A DNA stretch of 64,000 bases, from the NCBI GenBank assembly GCA_035298965.1, contig DATGXO010000107.1:38860-102859 (forward strand), given 5' to 3'. Positions 61,297 to 64,000 of the stretch are shown here, piece after piece; the first letter of the stretch is position 1; every line of letters starts with the position of its first letter. Origin of the DNA: Opitutaceae bacterium. GTDB lineage: Bacteria; Verrucomicrobiota; Verrucomicrobiia; Opitutales; Opitutaceae. The notes beneath the pieces were generated by a model. It did not search any database. It was not told where the DNA came from and was given only the letters and a program-made list of their open reading frames with translations. Both the position numbers and the translations under genes were made by a program.

Positions 61297-64000
61297 ATGA
61301 AGAACCTAGGTACTAGATCTGCTCTGACACTATTGTCGGCGCTTTCTCTCGGCACCGGAACGATCTGGGCGCAAGCAGCGGCCAGTGAGAAACCGGCACC
61401 AGCGGACGTTGAGACCGAAGACGAAGCTGTTGTGCTCTCTCCGTTCGTCGTGACGGCGGAAGAAGACACCGGCTATCTGGCGAATGCGACCGCCGTCGGT
61501 GGCCGCGTCCGTACGGACCTCAAGGACATCGCCTCCGCGATCTCGGTCGTGACGGCCCAGTTCCTCACTGACACGAAGGCGAAGGACAACCAGACCCTGC
61601 TGCAATACACGACCAACACCGAAGTCGGTGGTGTTTACGGCAACTATGCAGGCGTCGGCAACACGTTCGTTCGCGGCAGTGGCGAAACCGACGTCAACAT
61701 GCTGCGCCCGAACGGCAATACCCGCGTGCGTGGTCTCGATTCGGCCGACAACACCCGCAATCTCGTCAAGACTGACATCCCGTGGAACGGTTTCAATGTC
61801 GGCCGCGTCGATTTTCAGCGCGGTCCGAATTCGATCCTTTTCGGTCACGGCAGCCCGGCCGGCATCATCAATGCCACCACGAATGAGGCCGGATTCAAAA
61901 CCGGCGGCAGCGTCGAGACTCAGATTGGCAGCTTCCAAAGCTTCCGCTCCACGCTTGATTACACCCATGTCCTGATCGAGGACACCCTTTCGGTCCGTCT
62001 AGATGCGGCCTACGACAATCAGAAATACCGCCAAAAGCCGGCCTTCAACAAGAACCAATCGATCTATGGCGCGATGCGCTGGGATCCGAAGCTCTTCGGG
62101 AAGGACAGCAAAGCCCGCACCTCCATCAAGGCGAGCTACGAGCATGGGAAAGTGACGGCGAATCGTCCGCACTCCCTGCCTCCGACCGACCGGATCACCC
62201 CATTCTTTGATCCCAATGCGCTGAACCAGCGCTTGATCGACGTGGGAGTCGACTATCAGACGGGTCTCTATCCGTGGAAGTCCGGAACCGCTGCTGGCGC
62301 TCCGTTCGCCCAGCAGGCGAACAGCTGGTTGAGCAGCGGTGTCGGCGGCCAGAATCCGATGCTCTTCCACAACAACAGCACGACTCCGTACCGCGCGACG
62401 GCTGTTTCTGCCAACAGCCAATTCTCGCCGTTCGGCTCGATCGGCGGGTTCATCTTCTCCGTTCCCGCAGGCGTTGCCGGTTACGGTGAATATGTCAGCA
62501 ACATCATCAAATACGGGCAGCAGAACGGTGTGCCGTTGAGCGAGATCAACAAATACGGCAAAGCCGGCGGCGACTTCGACAGAGGCTTCTGGAAAGACAA
62601 GTCGCTCACCGATCCGAGCATCTTCGATTTCTACAACAACCTGATCCACGGCCCGACCAAGAAGGAATGGCAGGGCTGGCAGGCCTACAACATCACCCTG
62701 GAGCAGACGCTTCTGGATAACCGGCTCGCCTTCCAGGCGGTCTATGATCGCCAGTCCTATAACGATGGCGGTCAAAGCATCCTCGGTTGGAATCCTTCGC
62801 TCACCATCGACAACAACCTCTACACGTCGGACTGGCAGTCGGGTTACACACCCTTGGCGCAGCTCAACCCGGATGCGGGTCGTGCGTATGTGACTGGTCA
62901 AGGCGGTGGGACCGGTCGTTGGACCGAGCGTGAAAACGTGATTGTCACGGCCACTGGCGAATTGCGCGCAGCCGATTTCCTCGATCGCAAGTCGCTTCTG
63001 GCCCGAATCCTCGGTCACCATACCATCACGCTCGCCTACCACGAGGAGACGGTGAAGCAGGAGGACCGCAGCTGGGCGCTCTACGCGGCGACAGGTCACT
63101 GGTCGGACCTGATCGGTACGGGTTATGGACTGTCTTATGACGGCAAGCCCGGCACCAAGACCGGCGGATTGAAGAACGGTGACACGATCGTAAGCAGCAC
63201 GATCTACCTCAGCCCCAGCTTGCTCGGCAAGAACGGCACCAATCTCAACATTTCGCCGATCCGGAACGATGTGGCGCCTCCGAGTTCGCTCGAGGTACGC
63301 TATTTCGATTCGCACTGGCTGTGGCCGCTCGATCCTGCCAACCCGCTGTATGTCGACCCACAGGCGCCTTGGCAAAACGTGGGTTACATGGACGGCATGG
63401 GCAACACGAAGACCGACAAGCAGAAGGACAATCCCTTCAACTATGTCGGTTGGGTAAGCGAGACCCTGCCGATCATGAGCGCCGACCGCGGCGACATCGA
63501 TCAGCTGTATCGCCGCGGCAGCAAGTTGCGGAACAAGACCGTTTCGAAGGGCGCCACTTGGCAGGCCTATTTCTTCGACGAGACTGTTGTTGCCACGGCG
63601 GGCTATCGCAAGGATCGGCTGAAAACCCGTGCGGGCCAAGCCGAGCAGGATTCCACCGGCGTCGCCATGATCCACAGCTACGGACTCGAGCCCCAGAATG
63701 CGAGTGGGATCAACGACGACTCCAGCATCTCCTGGGGCGTCGTCGCACGCCTGCCGAAGTTCTTGCGTGGCAAGTTGCCGCTGGGTGCGGATATCGCGCT
63801 CGGCTATAGCAACGGCAAAAATAGCCGCGTCGAAAACCGCTACGGTTTCAGCGCCAATCGCCTGCCGAATTCCACCGGGCGCACCGAGGACATCAGCTTG
63901 GCGGTTACAATGCTCGAGAATCGCTTAAGCTTCAAGGTCACTCATTACGATACCACCAACAAGGATGCCAACATCTCCTCGGTGGGCGGCCAGAATGCCA
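61297..64000 (+). CDS. TonB-dependent outer-membrane receptor; 3' end runs off the window
   Basis: Own translation from ATG 61297: MKNLGTRSALTLLSALSLGTGTIWAQAA...AVVLSPFVVTAEED (TonB box region)...NTRVRGLD...VDFQRGPNSILFGHGSPAGIINATT (plug). The frame stays open to the window end. Confidence 0.85.
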   Translation, partial: MKNLGTRSALTLLSALSLGTGTIWAQAAASEKPAPADVETEDEAVVLSPFVVTAEEDTGYLANATAVGGRVRTDLKDIASAISVVTAQFLTDTKAKDNQTLLQYTTNTEVGGVYGNYAGVGNTFVRGSGETDVNMLRPNGNTRVRGLDSADNTRNLVKTDIPWNGFNVGRVDFQRGPNSILFGHGSPAGIINATTNEAGFKTGGSVETQIGSFQSFRSTLDYTHVLIEDTLSVRLDAAYDNQKYRQKPAFNKNQSIYGAMRWDPKLFGKDSKARTSIKASYEHGKVTANRPHSLPPTDRITPFFDPNALNQRLIDVGVDYQTGLYPWKSGTAAGAPFAQQANSWLSSGVGGQNPMLFHNNSTTPYRATAVSANSQFSPFGSIGGFIFSVPAGVAGYGEYVSNIIKYGQQNGVPLSEINKYGKAGGDFDRGFWKDKSLTDPSIFDFYNNLIHGPTKKEWQGWQAYNITLEQTLLDNRLAFQAVYDRQSYNDGGQSILGWNPSLTIDNNLYTSDWQSGYTPLAQLNPDAGRAYVTGQGGGTGRWTERENVIVTATGELRAADFLDRKSLLARILGHHTITLAYHEETVKQEDRSWALYAATGHWSDLIGTGYGLSYDGKPGTKTGGLKNGDTIVSSTIYLSPSLLGKNGTNLNISPIRNDVAPPSSLEVRYFDSHWLWPLDPANPLYVDPQAPWQNVGYMDGMGNTKTDKQKDNPFNYVGWVSETLPIMSADRGDIDQLYRRGSKLRNKTVSKGATWQAYFFDETVVATAGYRKDRLKTRAGQAEQDSTGVAMIHSYGLEPQNASGINDDSSISWGVVARLPKFLRGKLPLGADIALGYSNGKNSRVENRYGFSANRLPNSTGRTEDISLAVTMLENRLSFKVTHYDTTNKDANISSVGGQNA

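Noticed and set aside
1-64000. Search by eye for tRNA (T-loop GTTCGAATC-type), rRNA, tmRNA, RNase P, CRISPR repeat-spacer periodicity, and transposase/integrase genes or terminal inverted repeats.
   Set aside because: None was found. The only TTCGAA-containing sites lie inside coding regions or lack a cloverleaf context. The vapBC pair is not accompanied by any mobility gene. A proper tRNAscan/Infernal/ISfinder run could still reveal something I missed.

Overview
This is a high-GC bacterial chromosomal segment. Hand counts of single 60-nt lines give about 73% G+C in the left block and about 60% in the right block. The gene content (exosortase/PEP-CTERM, many secreted glycoside hydrolases, propeller-type sensor kinase, TonB-dependent receptor without SusD) suggests a Verrucomicrobiota/Opitutaceae-like Gram-negative, but the taxon is only a guess.

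The window has three blocks.

(1) 1-31905 is one roughly 31 kb minus-strand polysaccharide operon. It starts with an RfaH-like NusG paralog and a perfect ops-like 12-mer, followed by 29 tightly packed genes, many with overlapping start and stop codons. These are vapBC, a short Wza-like OPX, a Wzc-type BY-kinase, an exosortase-EpsI fusion, an outer-membrane beta-barrel, a Wzy_C/O-antigen-ligase-like protein, the Wzm/Wzt ABC exporter, and about 20 glycosyltransferase or sugar-modifying genes (GT2, GT4, GT8-like, GT14, GT47-like, pyruvyl transferase, acyl/acetyltransferases, SDR epimerase, Gfo/Idh/MocA oxidoreductase, and an orphan PP-loop enzyme).

(2) 31906-36948 holds folD and a hybrid PAS histidine kinase, flanked by unusually large ORF-poor spacers.

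(3) 37004-64000 is a CAZyme locus. It encodes GH31, two GH2, GH12, two GH29, a SASA-type acetylesterase, a CE1-like esterase, GH5, a propeller/Y_Y_Y sensor kinase with a NarL-type regulator, a PEP-CTERM protein and a TonB-dependent receptor. This enzyme set matches fucogalacto-xyloglucan breakdown.

The most notable non-genic signals are:
- the ops-like site
- a purine-rich 16-mer repeated in most of the sizeable spacers of the operon
- a REP-like hairpin family
- a heptamer tandem repeat
- a perfect 27-bp palindrome
- C8-C10 homopolymer tracts upstream of CAZyme genes

I saw no rRNA, tRNA, CRISPR array or transposase. Many long ORFs in the supplied track are antisense high-GC artefacts, or are over-extended at the N-terminus. 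The track also counts GTG and TTG as M. Start coordinates below were re-derived by hand and are approximate where noted.
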